Below the pieces are notes generated by a model. It was not told the origin of the DNA, made no database searches, and worked only from the letters and a program-made list of their open reading frames with translations. Below are positions 31,480 to 40,652 of a DNA stretch of 64,000 bases, piece after piece. Position 1 is the stretch's first letter. Each line of letters starts with the position of its first letter. This DNA is from an uncultured Gemmatimonadales bacterium (GTDB lineage Bacteria > Gemmatimonadota > Gemmatimonadetes > Longimicrobiales > Gaopeijiaceae), in NCBI GenBank assembly GCA_963823035.1, contig CAWGKG010000017.1, positions 32,001 to 96,000 of the forward strand. The letters are read 5' to 3'. A program made the translations under genes and the position numbers.

Positions 31480-31678
31480 TCCTTTCCCTTGTCTCCGGGG
31501 AGTCATCGGAGCCCCTGTGTCGGGGACTCCTCCACCCGTCCAGTATCGGCTCGAGAAAAACACAGCTGAATCCCGATCCGCCAATTCCATATTTAAGGAG
31601 TTGCGGATAGCCGACCGAGACTGTCAACAGACGATCACCGCCCGTCCTCTCACGGAGCGTCCACCCCAAGCGCGCGCC

Positions 31679-32194
31679 ATGACCCTACAAGACGCCCGTC
31701 TCCCCCAGGCGTCGCCCCCCGTCCCCGACCTCGCCGAGGCACATCGGACTCGGCGCGCTCGAAGGCGGGGATTCACGCTGATCGAGCTGCTGATCACCAT
31801 GGTGATCCTGGGGATCCTCGCGGCCATCGCGATCCCCAACTACTCGCGGATGCGTGAGCGCGCCTTCGTGGCGCGCGCCATCGGCGACATCGAGGCGATG
31901 AGCCAGAACATCAGCGAGTACCACCTCACGAACGGCAGCCTGCCCGCCTCGCTGTCGGACGTCGGCTCGTCGCTGACCGACCCGTGGGGGCATCCGTACC
32001 AGTACATCCCGATCGGCAAGGGGAAGGGCGGCTTCCGCAAGGACCGCTTCCTCGTCCCGATCAACACGGACTACGACCTCTACAGCATGGGACCCGACGG
32101 TGCGTCCGTGGGTCCGCTCACGGCCGCGCCGAGTCGGGACGACATCATCCGGGCCAACGACGGCGGCTTCATAGGCCTCGCGTCGGAGTTCTGA
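31679..32194 (+). CDS. Prepilin-type N-terminal cleavage/methylation protein (GspG/pilin-like)
   Basis: RRG|FTLIELLITMVILGILAAIAIP, DPWGHPYQY, DLYSMGPDG, DDI. Confidence 0.9.
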   Translation: MTLQDARLPQASPPVPDLAEAHRTRRARRRGFTLIELLITMVILGILAAIAIPNYSRMRERAFVARAIGDIEAMSQNISEYHLTNGSLPASLSDVGSSLTDPWGHPYQYIPIGKGKGGFRKDRFLVPINTDYDLYSMGPDGASVGPLTAAPSRDDIIRANDGGFIGLASEF

Positions 32195-34293
32195 TGGTGC
32201 CTTCGCTCGGCCGCCTGAAGACGCGCGTCGCCCGGCGGCTCCTCGGCCTCTTCACGCTCAGCGCGTTCGTACCCGTCGCCGCGATGGCGGTGATCTCCCT
32301 CCTGGTGGTGAACCGCCAGCTCGAGGAGCAGAGCCGCGAGCGCCTCCGCCAGCTCGCCAAGAACTCCGGGATGTCCGTGCTGCAGCAGCTCCAGAACGTG
32401 GAGACCGGCCTCCTTTTCCTCGCGGAGGGCCAGGCGTTCGAGAAGACGCTGGACGCTACGCTCCAGCAGGGAATGCCGGAGATCCGCTCCTTCGCGGTCG
32501 TGGCCATCGACGACTCCGTGCGGTTCTCCCGGGGCCGCCCCTTCGCGCGCCCCGCCCTCGATCCCCCGCAGCGCGCCGTCCTGGCGACCGGGCGCATGGT
32601 GGTCGTGGGCACGGAAGGGCCCGACGGAGACGTGGTAACGGTCCTGGCGCCGCGGCCCGAGGACCCCGGGGGCCCCCTGATCTGGGCGCTCGTGGACGCG
32701 GGGCCGCTGTGGAGCCCCGCCGTGACGTTCGCCTCGCTCCCGACCGTGGCGGAGTTCTGCCTGCTCGGCCCGGGGGGGTCGCCCGCGTACTGCCGTTCCG
32801 GCGACAACCTCTTCGCGGAGGCGTTCCGCGAAGAGGCCCCGAGCAGTCCCCTCGGGACGTTCACATGGCAAGGCCCCGACGACCGCTACATCATCGGCCA
32901 CTGGGCCTTCCATCCGGCCGGCACCACCGGGGGACCTCCCTGGCACGTTCTGATCGCGGAGTCTTCGAGCGGCTTCCGGGCGCCGATCGCCGACTTCTCG
33001 ACGTCCTTCGTGCTCGTGCTCCTCCTGGGGCTGTCCATGGTGTTCCTCCTCGCGAACGCGCAGATCCGCCGCACGACCGACCCGCTGGCCGCGCTGGACG
33101 CCGGCACGCGCCGCGTCGCCGCCGGAGACCTGTCGACGCGGGTGGAGGTGGACACCGCCGACGAGTTCGGCGCGCTGGCCGGGTCGTTCAACACCATGGC
33201 GGACCACCTGCACGAGCAGTTCACGCAGCTCGACGCGGCGCGCGCCGTGGACCGGGCGGTGCTGACCGCCTTCAACACGGACGACGTCGTCCGGACGATC
33301 CTCGAGCGGATTCCCTCGCTGGTGCCGTGCCGCTCGGCGGGCGTTCTCCTGGCGGATCGCTCGGGCGGCCCCGCCGCGCTCCACTGGCTGACCTCGATCC
33401 CCTCCCTCGGGGGCACGACCGTGCGCCTCGTGGACGAGGACATCGCGTGGCTCGCAGCGCATCCGAGCCACGGCGTCGTCGACGGCCAGGGCCCGCCGTT
33501 CGCGCGGGCGGTCCGCGTCGGACTGGGCCCCGGACCCTTGATGATCCTCCCACTGGTCGTGAAGGAGAAGGTACGGGGCGCCCTCCTCCTCGAGCGGACC
33601 ACGGGGGCGCCGCTCAGCGAGAGCGACGTGCGCAGCGCGCGCCGCCTGGCCAACCAGGCCGCGGTCGCGCTGGACGACGTCTCTTTGGTGAAAGAGCTCG
33701 AGGAGATGAGCTGGGGCGCCTTGCGCGCGCTGGCACGGGCCATCGACGCCAAGTCGAAGTGGACCGCCGGCCACTCCGAGCGGGTGACCGAGCTCGCGCT
33801 GTTGTTGGGGCGCCAGATGGGACTCGGGGACGACGACATGGAGACGCTGCACCGCGGCGGGCTCCTGCACGACATCGGCAAGATCGGCGTCCCGGCCAGC
33901 GTCCTGGACTCGCCGTCCGTCCTGAGCCCGGCGGAGCGCGCGCAGGTGGCCCTACATCCGACCATCGGAGCGCGGATCCTCGAGCCGATCCGCGCGTTCA
34001 GCCCCGTGATCCCGATCGTCATCCAGCACCACGAGCGCTGGGACGGCAGCGGCTACCCGGCGGGCCTGCGCGGAGAGCAGATCGATCGGCTCGCCCGCAT
34101 CGTGGCCGTGGCCGACACCTACGACGCGCTGGTCTCGCCCCGCCCCTACCGGGACGCGGCGAGCCTCGACGCCGGCCTGCGCGCCATCCAGGAGGGCGCG
34201 GGTATCCAATTCGATCCAGCAGTCGCCGAGGCCTTCGTCCGCCGCATGGCGGATCAGGACCTCGCTCTCCCGATCCTGCAGGACAGCGTATGA
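32194..34293 (+). CDS. Membrane HD-GYP phosphodiesterase (periplasmic domain, HAMP, GAF, HD-GYP)
   Basis: Two TM segments, DEFGALAGSFNTM (HAMP), GHSERV, LLHDIGK, HHERWDGSGYP, VADTYDA..RPYR. Confidence 0.92.
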   Translation: MVPSLGRLKTRVARRLLGLFTLSAFVPVAAMAVISLLVVNRQLEEQSRERLRQLAKNSGMSVLQQLQNVETGLLFLAEGQAFEKTLDATLQQGMPEIRSFAVVAIDDSVRFSRGRPFARPALDPPQRAVLATGRMVVVGTEGPDGDVVTVLAPRPEDPGGPLIWALVDAGPLWSPAVTFASLPTVAEFCLLGPGGSPAYCRSGDNLFAEAFREEAPSSPLGTFTWQGPDDRYIIGHWAFHPAGTTGGPPWHVLIAESSSGFRAPIADFSTSFVLVLLLGLSMVFLLANAQIRRTTDPLAALDAGTRRVAAGDLSTRVEVDTADEFGALAGSFNTMADHLHEQFTQLDAARAVDRAVLTAFNTDDVVRTILERIPSLVPCRSAGVLLADRSGGPAALHWLTSIPSLGGTTVRLVDEDIAWLAAHPSHGVVDGQGPPFARAVRVGLGPGPLMILPLVVKEKVRGALLLERTTGAPLSESDVRSARRLANQAAVALDDVSLVKELEEMSWGALRALARAIDAKSKWTAGHSERVTELALLLGRQMGLGDDDMETLHRGGLLHDIGKIGVPASVLDSPSVLSPAERAQVALHPTIGARILEPIRAFSPVIPIVIQHHERWDGSGYPAGLRGEQIDRLARIVAVADTYDALVSPRPYRDAASLDAGLRAIQEGAGIQFDPAVAEAFVRRMADQDLALPILQDSV

Positions 34294-34751
34294 GCCGCAC
34301 CGCCTACAGCTCGACCCGAGCCTCCGCGCGCACGGGACACCGCATCACGTCCACGCCTCCACAGGCGGAGACGGGGCCCATCGGCGCTCCGCTCATCATC
34401 GTGGTCCTCTTCGTGATCATGGTGATCGTGGACCTGAGTCGCGGGGACGGAGGCGCCAAGGCCGTCGCCGCGCTCCCCGAGAGCGTGGTCGGCACGTGGA
34501 TCGCGCAGGATCCCCGCTACGCGGATCGCTCGATCCAGATCGACCCGGAGCTGGTCGTGATCCGGCCGGGGCGGGAGGAGCAGGCGTCCGTCGGGATCGT
34601 CACCGACTTCCGGAGCTGGCGTGAAGGTGGGCAGGAGGTCGTGCGCGTCGACTACCGCACGGACGACGGGGCCTTCTCGATCGAGGTGATGCCCGAGAAG
34701 CGAGGAATACGCCTGCGGCACCCCGCCGAGGTGCTGTGGACCCGCCGCTGA
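34290..34751 (+). CDS. Hypothetical single-pass membrane protein
   Basis: ATGA overlap with the HD-GYP stop; TM LIIVVLFVIMVIV followed by a beta-rich domain (VVGTW..). Confidence 0.65.
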   Translation: MSRTAYSSTRASARTGHRITSTPPQAETGPIGAPLIIVVLFVIMVIVDLSRGDGGAKAVAALPESVVGTWIAQDPRYADRSIQIDPELVVIRPGREEQASVGIVTDFRSWREGGQEVVRVDYRTDDGAFSIEVMPEKRGIRLRHPAEVLWTRR

Positions 34752-34761
34752 GGCGCCGCCC

Positions 34762-35487
34762 TCAATCCTCCCAGATGGCCATCCGCAGCACGTCGTGATA
34801 CGTGCCGTCGATGAGCACCTCGTCGCGGAGGATGCCCTCGACCCGGAAGCCCAGGTCCTCGTTGAGCTGGATGTTGCGCAGGTTGGTGTTGAGCGTGTTC
34901 AGGTAGATCTTGTGCAGCCTCAGACCCCGGAAGCCATAGCCGACCCAGAGGCGGCTGGCCGCCTTCGCGTATCCCCGCGCCCGCATCGAGGGCTCGCCGA
35001 TGAGCTTCCGCAGCTCCGCCATGCGCTGATCGACGTCGATGTTCAGGAACGCGGTCGCGCCGATCGGCAGCCCGTCCGGAAGCGTGACGATCCCGACCAG
35101 GCTCGCGGGATCGTCCACCACGTCTTCCAGCTTCAGCGACCGTGACCGCGTGCGCGCCATCAGGAAGTTGCGGCCGAACTCGTCGGCCATCCAACCGGCG
35201 AGCAGGTCCATGTCCCGGTCCCGATCGAAGGCGCGGATGTGCACCTGGTCGCCGCACAGCGGCAGGGTGTACAGCGCCGCCATCGGCGGCGCGTCCAGCC
35301 GCATGGAGCGCGGGGTCGGGTCGCCCTCCGCAGCCACCGACAGCTCGAGCAGCCGGTTCATGAAGCGCAGGTAGTCGGCCTGCGAGAAGCCGTACGTCGA
35401 GGCCTCCCGAAAGAACCCCCGCGCGAGCGTCTCGATGGTGCGGTCGGGTAGCTTCCCGCCCCCGTCGGTGGCTGGTTCCTCGCGCAT
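34762..35487 (-). CDS. RimJ/RimL-like GNAT N-acetyltransferase with an extra N-terminal helical module
   Basis: AELRKLIGE..RARGYAK, LHKIYL..NLRNIQLNEDLGFRVEGILR..IDGTYHDV. Confidence 0.85.
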   Translation of the reverse strand: MREEPATDGGGKLPDRTIETLARGFFREASTYGFSQADYLRFMNRLLELSVAAEGDPTPRSMRLDAPPMAALYTLPLCGDQVHIRAFDRDRDMDLLAGWMADEFGRNFLMARTRSRSLKLEDVVDDPASLVGIVTLPDGLPIGATAFLNIDVDQRMAELRKLIGEPSMRARGYAKAASRLWVGYGFRGLRLHKIYLNTLNTNLRNIQLNEDLGFRVEGILRDEVLIDGTYHDVLRMAIWED

Positions 35488-35567
35488 CTGGGCTCCCCTG
35501 GGGTGGATCGCGCTGCTACTCCAAGATCCTCCGCCGGGAAGCTGATGTCCAGCAAGATTTTGCGCCG

Positions 35568-36110
35568 CTACAGGGGCAGAGCGATCCTCCACGTCAAGGT
35601 ACGCCGTCCCTCCAGGTGCGTCATGCCGAGCGAGAGCTGCGGCCCCGCACCTCCACCGGCCGTCCACCCCTCCGCCTGATTGAACAGCTCGACGGACCGG
35701 TTGACGTGTCCCTTCGCCACGAGCGCCGACACCACCGTGACCGCGCCGAAGCCCGCGATCAGCCCGACGTCCGTCCAGCTCGTGGTGCCCGTGCTGGAGT
35801 TGATGTTGCCCGACTGGACGTCCTGCGCGTCGTTGATGGTCTCGATGAGCATCTTCGTCGACACGGCCAGCATCCCCACCGAGCCGATCAGGCTCAGTGT
35901 GAAGAAAGGCTTGGCCTTGTTCGCCTCCTCGAGCGCGGTCGGATGCGTCGCGAGCAGGTCGGTGAACTCCGAGCTGTAGGAGACGAAGCCGTGGACCTTC
36001 TGTGGCTCGGCGCCCCCGTACACGAACTTCGCCGACTTGAGGAAGCCGGTGCGGATCTCGAGGGGAGGCGTCTGGCCGTTCATCGACCCCTGCCCGGCGC
36101 ACGGTACCGG
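35568..36110 (-). CDS. Hypothetical membrane protein, probably N-terminally truncated
   Basis: Two hydrophobic segments, a 'VELFN' motif and a C-terminal beta strand; ATG at 36083 preceded by PVPCAGQ, which resembles a signal-peptide end. Confidence 0.55.
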   Translation of the reverse strand, partial: PVPCAGQGSMNGQTPPLEIRTGFLKSAKFVYGGAEPQKVHGFVSYSSEFTDLLATHPTALEEANKAKPFFTLSLIGSVGMLAVSTKMLIETINDAQDVQSGNINSSTGTTSWTDVGLIAGFGAVTVVSALVAKGHVNRSVELFNQAEGWTAGGGAGPQLSLGMTHLEGRRTLTWRIALPL

Positions 36111-36940
36111 CGCAGCTCGAGCGCTTCGCCCGCCAGCCTCTCGGCCTCGCCGTACTCGCCCTGTACGCGCCGCACCTCCGCGAGGTTGTCGATGGACCGG
36201 GCCAGCTCCGCCGGCGCGGTGGAGCGCAACCCGCGGCGCAGCGCCACCACCTCGCGAAGCGTGGCCTCCGCGGCGTCCCAGTTCCCGTCCAGGTACTGGA
36301 GCCACCCCCGCTCGTTGCGCGCCACCGCGACAGGCTCGCTGCGCGCGCCGCTGAGCCGTGTGCGGGTCTCGACCGCTTCATCCACGAGGGGTGCCGCCTC
36401 GGCGTACATCCCCAGGTTCCGGTAGACCTGCGCGACCGCCAGCAGCATCTCGGCCTGGATCTCCGGCTGTCCGCCGAGCTCGACGAGAACACGCTCGGCG
36501 CCGCGCGCCAGGAGCTCCTCGGCCGTGAGCGCCTTGGACTCGGTGCGCTGCGGATCGGCGTCCGCGAACACCCCCACCAGGTAGTCCCTCACCTGCTCGG
36601 CCTCGAGCGCCTCGCGGCGCGCCTTGCGCGCCTGCCAGGCCGTGGTGGTCATGCCGCCCAGGAGGGCGAGGACCACGGCCGCGGCTCCCGCCATCCCCAC
36701 GCGATGGCGCCGTACCAGCTTTCGCAACCTGTACGCAGCGCCCGCGCGACGCGCGCCCACGGGTGTGTCGGCGAGGTACGCCCCCACGTCCGCGGCCAGG
36801 GCCGACACGGAGAGGTAGCGCCCGTTTGGGTCCCTCTCGATCGCCTTCATCACGATCGCATCGAGATCCCCCGTCAGCTCCTTGGCGCGCCGGCGCGTGT
36901 CGGGGAGCTGCGTCGCCGACGCCGCTTCGCCGACGCGCGC
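36080..36940 (-). pseudogene. Remnant of a Ser/Thr kinase-TM-TPR gene lacking the catalytic core and distal TPRs
   Basis: ELTGDLDAIVMKAIERDPNGRY.S..ALAADV, YRLRKLVRRHR, TM, TPR-like helices; no HRD or DFG. Confidence 0.8.
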
Positions 36941-37296
36941 GCCTCCACGGCCAGCCCCGCGACGTCCGCGTCCACCTGTACCCAGCTCCCTCCTCGCTTC
37001 TGCGTGAGGTGCGCGCGCGCGTGGTCCACCAGGATCTGGCGCATGGCCTTCGCGGCCAGGCGGAAGAAGTGCCCGCGATCGGCGGTGTCCAACCCCGCCG
37101 TCCGCGCCAGCTTCATGTAGGTCTCGTGGACCAGCGCCGTGGTGTTGAGCGTCCGCCCGGGCGCCTGGGTCGCGAGCTCGCGGTGGGCGGCGATGCGCAG
37201 CCGCTCATACACGAGCGTGAACAGCTCGTCGAACGCTGCCCGATCCCCTTGCCTGAGAGCGGCGACCAGCTCATGGAAGTCACGACCTTCGGCCAT
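36874..37296 (-). pseudogene. Kinase-associated ECF sigma factor (TIGR02999-like), truncated before region 4
   Basis: LVYERLR..A, TLNTTALVHETYMKL, AAKAMRQILVDHAR..KRGG; similarity stops near 36940. Confidence 0.8.
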
Positions 37297-37437
37297 CTGG
37301 CAGGGGCTCCGACTCCGGGACCGGGAAGGGCGCGACCGAGCGGACTCGCTCCGACCAGGGTAGGGTAGCCGCACCGCCGTTTCAAGGGACGTCGCGCGCC
37401 GCGGCGCAGACGTGGTGCGAGGAGGGGCGGCGCGGGC

Positions 37438-40095
37438 CTACTCGTTCCTCAGCGCACCCATCGGATCGACCGCGGCGGCGCGCGCCGCAGGCACCCAACA
37501 CGCCACCGCGGCCACCACCCCGAGCACGCCGAGCACCATCAGGTACGTCGCGGGATCGAGGCGGGACACGCCGAAGAGCAGCGCCTCCACCATCCTGCTG
37601 GCGACCGCCGCCGTGCCCACGCCCAGCGCCGCGCCGAGCCCCGCGAGCGCCAGCCCCTGCCGCACCACCATCCGCACGAGGTTGCCCCGTGACGCGCCCA
37701 GCGCGGCCCGCACCCCGATCTCCTTCGTCCGCTCGGCGACGCTCCCGGCCAACACGCCGTAGAGGCCGATGCCGGCGAGCACGAGCGCCAGGAGGGCGAA
37801 CGTCTCGAGCACCACCAGCGCGAAGGTTCGACGCGCCTCGGAGCGGGCGACGAGGTCCGGCATGGTGAGCGCGCGCACGATGGGCTGGTCGCCGTCCACC
37901 GACCAGACGGCCTCCCGGACGGCGGGCACCAGCGAGGCTGCGTCGCTCTCGGCCCGGACCACGAGCCAGAGCGCACGATCGGCGAAGTACCACTGCTCGG
38001 GCGTGACGTAGACGGCGGCTCGTCCGGCCCCCGGCGAGCGACGCCTGCTTCACGTCGCCCACCACCCCCACGATCGTGTACCACGGCAGGTCCGTCCGGC
38101 CCACGTGCAGCCGGCGACCGATCGGGTCGCGGTCCGCGAAGGCGCTGCGCGCGAAGGCCCGGCTCACGACCGCCGCGGGGGGCGCGCTCCCGCCGTCCTG
38201 GCGATCCAACGCCCGGCCCTGCACCAACGGGATGCCCATCGCCTCGAAGTAGCCGGGGCTCACGGCGTATCGATAGACCGAGCCGTCGTCGTCGGTCGCG
38301 CCCGGGTCGTCCTCGAGGTGCACGCCGTACACGGAGGCGTCGCCGCTCAGGGGGAGCTGGCTGGTGAGGGCGGCCGAGGCCACGCCGGGGATCTCCCGTA
38401 CGGCCTCCAGCGCCAGCCCGAAGAAACGGTGCGTCGCTTCGTCGTCGACGTCGAAGCGGCGCCCCACGGTCTGCACCTGCATGACGACGACGCGATCGGG
38501 GTCGAATCCGGGCGGCACGGCGAAGAGGCCCTGCAGGCTGCGCAGCATGAGGCCCGCGCCGACCAGCAGCACGAGGGCCAGGCCGACCTCCGACACCACG
38601 AGCGCGCGACGCGTCGACTGGTGGGACGGCGCCGTGCGCGCGGACGCCTCCCGCATCCCGTCGTGAAGGCCGCGGCGCCCGGGAGACAGCGCGGGGATGA
38701 GCCCCACCGCGACGCCCAGCAGCGTGGTGACGCCCAGGGCGAACCCGTACGCCGCGCCGTCCAGCCCGATCGCGTCCACCCGGGGTAGTCCGGGTGGGGC
38801 GAGCCGCACCAGCACACGGACGCCCGCGGCCGCCACGAGCATCCCGAGCGCGCCCCCGGCACCTGCGAGCAGGAGGCTCTCGGCGAGGAGCTGACGGAGC
38901 AGGCGACCGCGCGCCGCCCCCAGGGCGGTGCGCATGGCGAGCTCACCCGAGCGACGGGCGCCCCGGGCCAGCAGGAGGTTGGTGACGTTCACGCACGCGA
39001 TGCCGAGCAGGAGCACGGCCGCCGCGAGAAGCGCCACGAGCACGGGTCGCGCACCCGCGGTCGCTGCCTCGCGCAGGGGTGTCACCGAGAGACCCTGTCC
39101 CAGCGACGCCCACGCGGGCCGGGGCACCTCGGTGACCGGCCGGGCGGCGATGGCATCCAGCTCCGACCTCGCGGCGGCGGGCGGCACGTTCGTGCGCAGG
39201 CGTCCGAGCATCTCGAGGTGGTGGCCCCACTCCCGGCCGTCGAAGCCGGGGAGGGAGGCGTCGTACTGCAGGAGCGCCCACAGCCTCGGCGGGGTGGCCC
39301 GGCACGTTCTCGAAGCCACGGGGCATGACGCCCACCACCGTGAAGGGCCCGTCGTCCAGGCGGACCTGGCGGCCCACGATCGTGCTGTCCGCCCCGAACC
39401 GGCGCCGCCACAGCCCGTCGCCGAGCACCACGACGTCCGGACCACCCACGCGGTCGGCGTCGGCGTCGAAGCCACGCCCCAGCGCGGGCGACACGCCCAG
39501 CGCCCGGAAGTAGCCGGCGCTCACCCGCTGGCCCTCCAGCCGCTCCGGCTCGCCCTCTCCGGTCACGGTGGGCTGCCAGGGACGGAAGACCGCGAGGGTC
39601 TCGAAGGCACCGGCGCGCGCCGACACCTCCACGTAGGTGCCGAAGGTGACGGGCAGCGGCGAGCCGTCGGCCGCATGGTCGGCGATCGCGACGAGCCGCT
39701 CCTGCTCCGGGTAGGGGAGCGGCCGGAAGAGCACGGGGCTCACGGCGCTGAAGATCGCCGTCGCGGATCCGATGCCCAGGCCCAGCGTCGACACGGCCAC
39801 CACGGTGAAGCCGGGGCTCCGCCAGAGACGGCGCGCTCCGTAGCGCACGTCCGCTGACCAGGGCCTCCGCGAGGCGTTCCCAGCCGTAGGCGCGCACGTT
39901 CTCGCGCACGGTCGCGGCGTCCCCGTGGGCGAGCCGGACCGCGCGCCGGGCCTCCTCGGGCGGCAGGCCCCCGGCGACCAGGTCGGCCTCCGCCTCATCG
40001 AGATAGTGCCGCACCTCGTCCGCGACGTCCTGCTCCTCGGCGTCACGGCGCAGGAGGGCACGCAGGCCGCGCCAGATCCGGCGCCAGGCACGCAT
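37438..40095 (-). CDS. ADOP-type duplicated MacB/FtsX ABC permease; several frameshifts
   Basis: DVRYGARRL.RSPGFT, LLGIACVNVTNLLLAR..E.AMRTALGA, ERTKEIGVRAALGA, PAARAAAVDPMGALRNE. Confidence 0.88.
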
Positions 40096-40097
40096 GG

Positions 40098-40432
40098 CTA
40101 TCCCTCCGCCCCGAGCAGGCGACCCACCGCCGCCACCTTCGCCGCCAGTCCGTGGTCTCCGCTTCGAGCCTCCGCACTCCGGCGCGCGTGAGCGAGTAGA
40201 ACTTCGCCCGCCGGGCGTTCTCCGTGCGCCGCCACTCCGAGTCCAGCCACCCCGCGCGCTCGAGGCGGCGGAGCGCGGTCAGCAGCGAGCCCGGATTGAC
40301 CTTGAAGACGCCGCGAGAGACCTGCTCGATCCGACGCGCGATGCCGTACCCGTGCATGGGCGTGAGGCTGAGCGTCTTGAGGATCAACATGTCCAGCGTA
40401 CCCTGGATCACGTCGGTGTTGGGTTCTTCCAT
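40098..40432 (-). CDS. PadR-family transcriptional regulator (acidobacterial type); frameshift near 40140
   Basis: QGTLDMLILKTL..MHGYGI..GSL..AL.RLE..GW..W..TENARRAKFYSLT. Confidence 0.9.
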
Positions 40433-40477
40433 GCGTCCGTTCCGTGGCGGAGAAGCGCCCAGGATGGGCTCGCTTCC

Positions 40478-40492
40478 TCTTGATTGTCAAGA
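40478..40492. promoter_or_regulatory. Palindromic operator upstream of padR
   Basis: TCTTGA-TTG-TCAAGA; a site of similar geometry, TCGA-CAA-TCGA, lies at 40571-40581. Confidence 0.55.
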
Positions 40493-40652
40493 TGTGACCA
40501 TCAAGAGTACCGCCGGCGGTCGCTCACGGGGATCTCCAGGTGCCGTGCTTGACGGGCCGGGACCGGAAGGTCGACAATCGAGAGGTGTCCGATCTTGGCC
40601 ACGACGACACGCTGGGCTCCGCGGTCGTGGCACCTCTCCGGGGGTTCTACCC

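Noticed and set aside
31480..31678. c-di-GMP riboswitch upstream of the pilin / HD-GYP operon
   Set aside because: I could not find the GEMM-type GGCAAA / GNRA / GCAAA pattern; only a lower-GC promoter-like spacer. An Infernal search would settle it.
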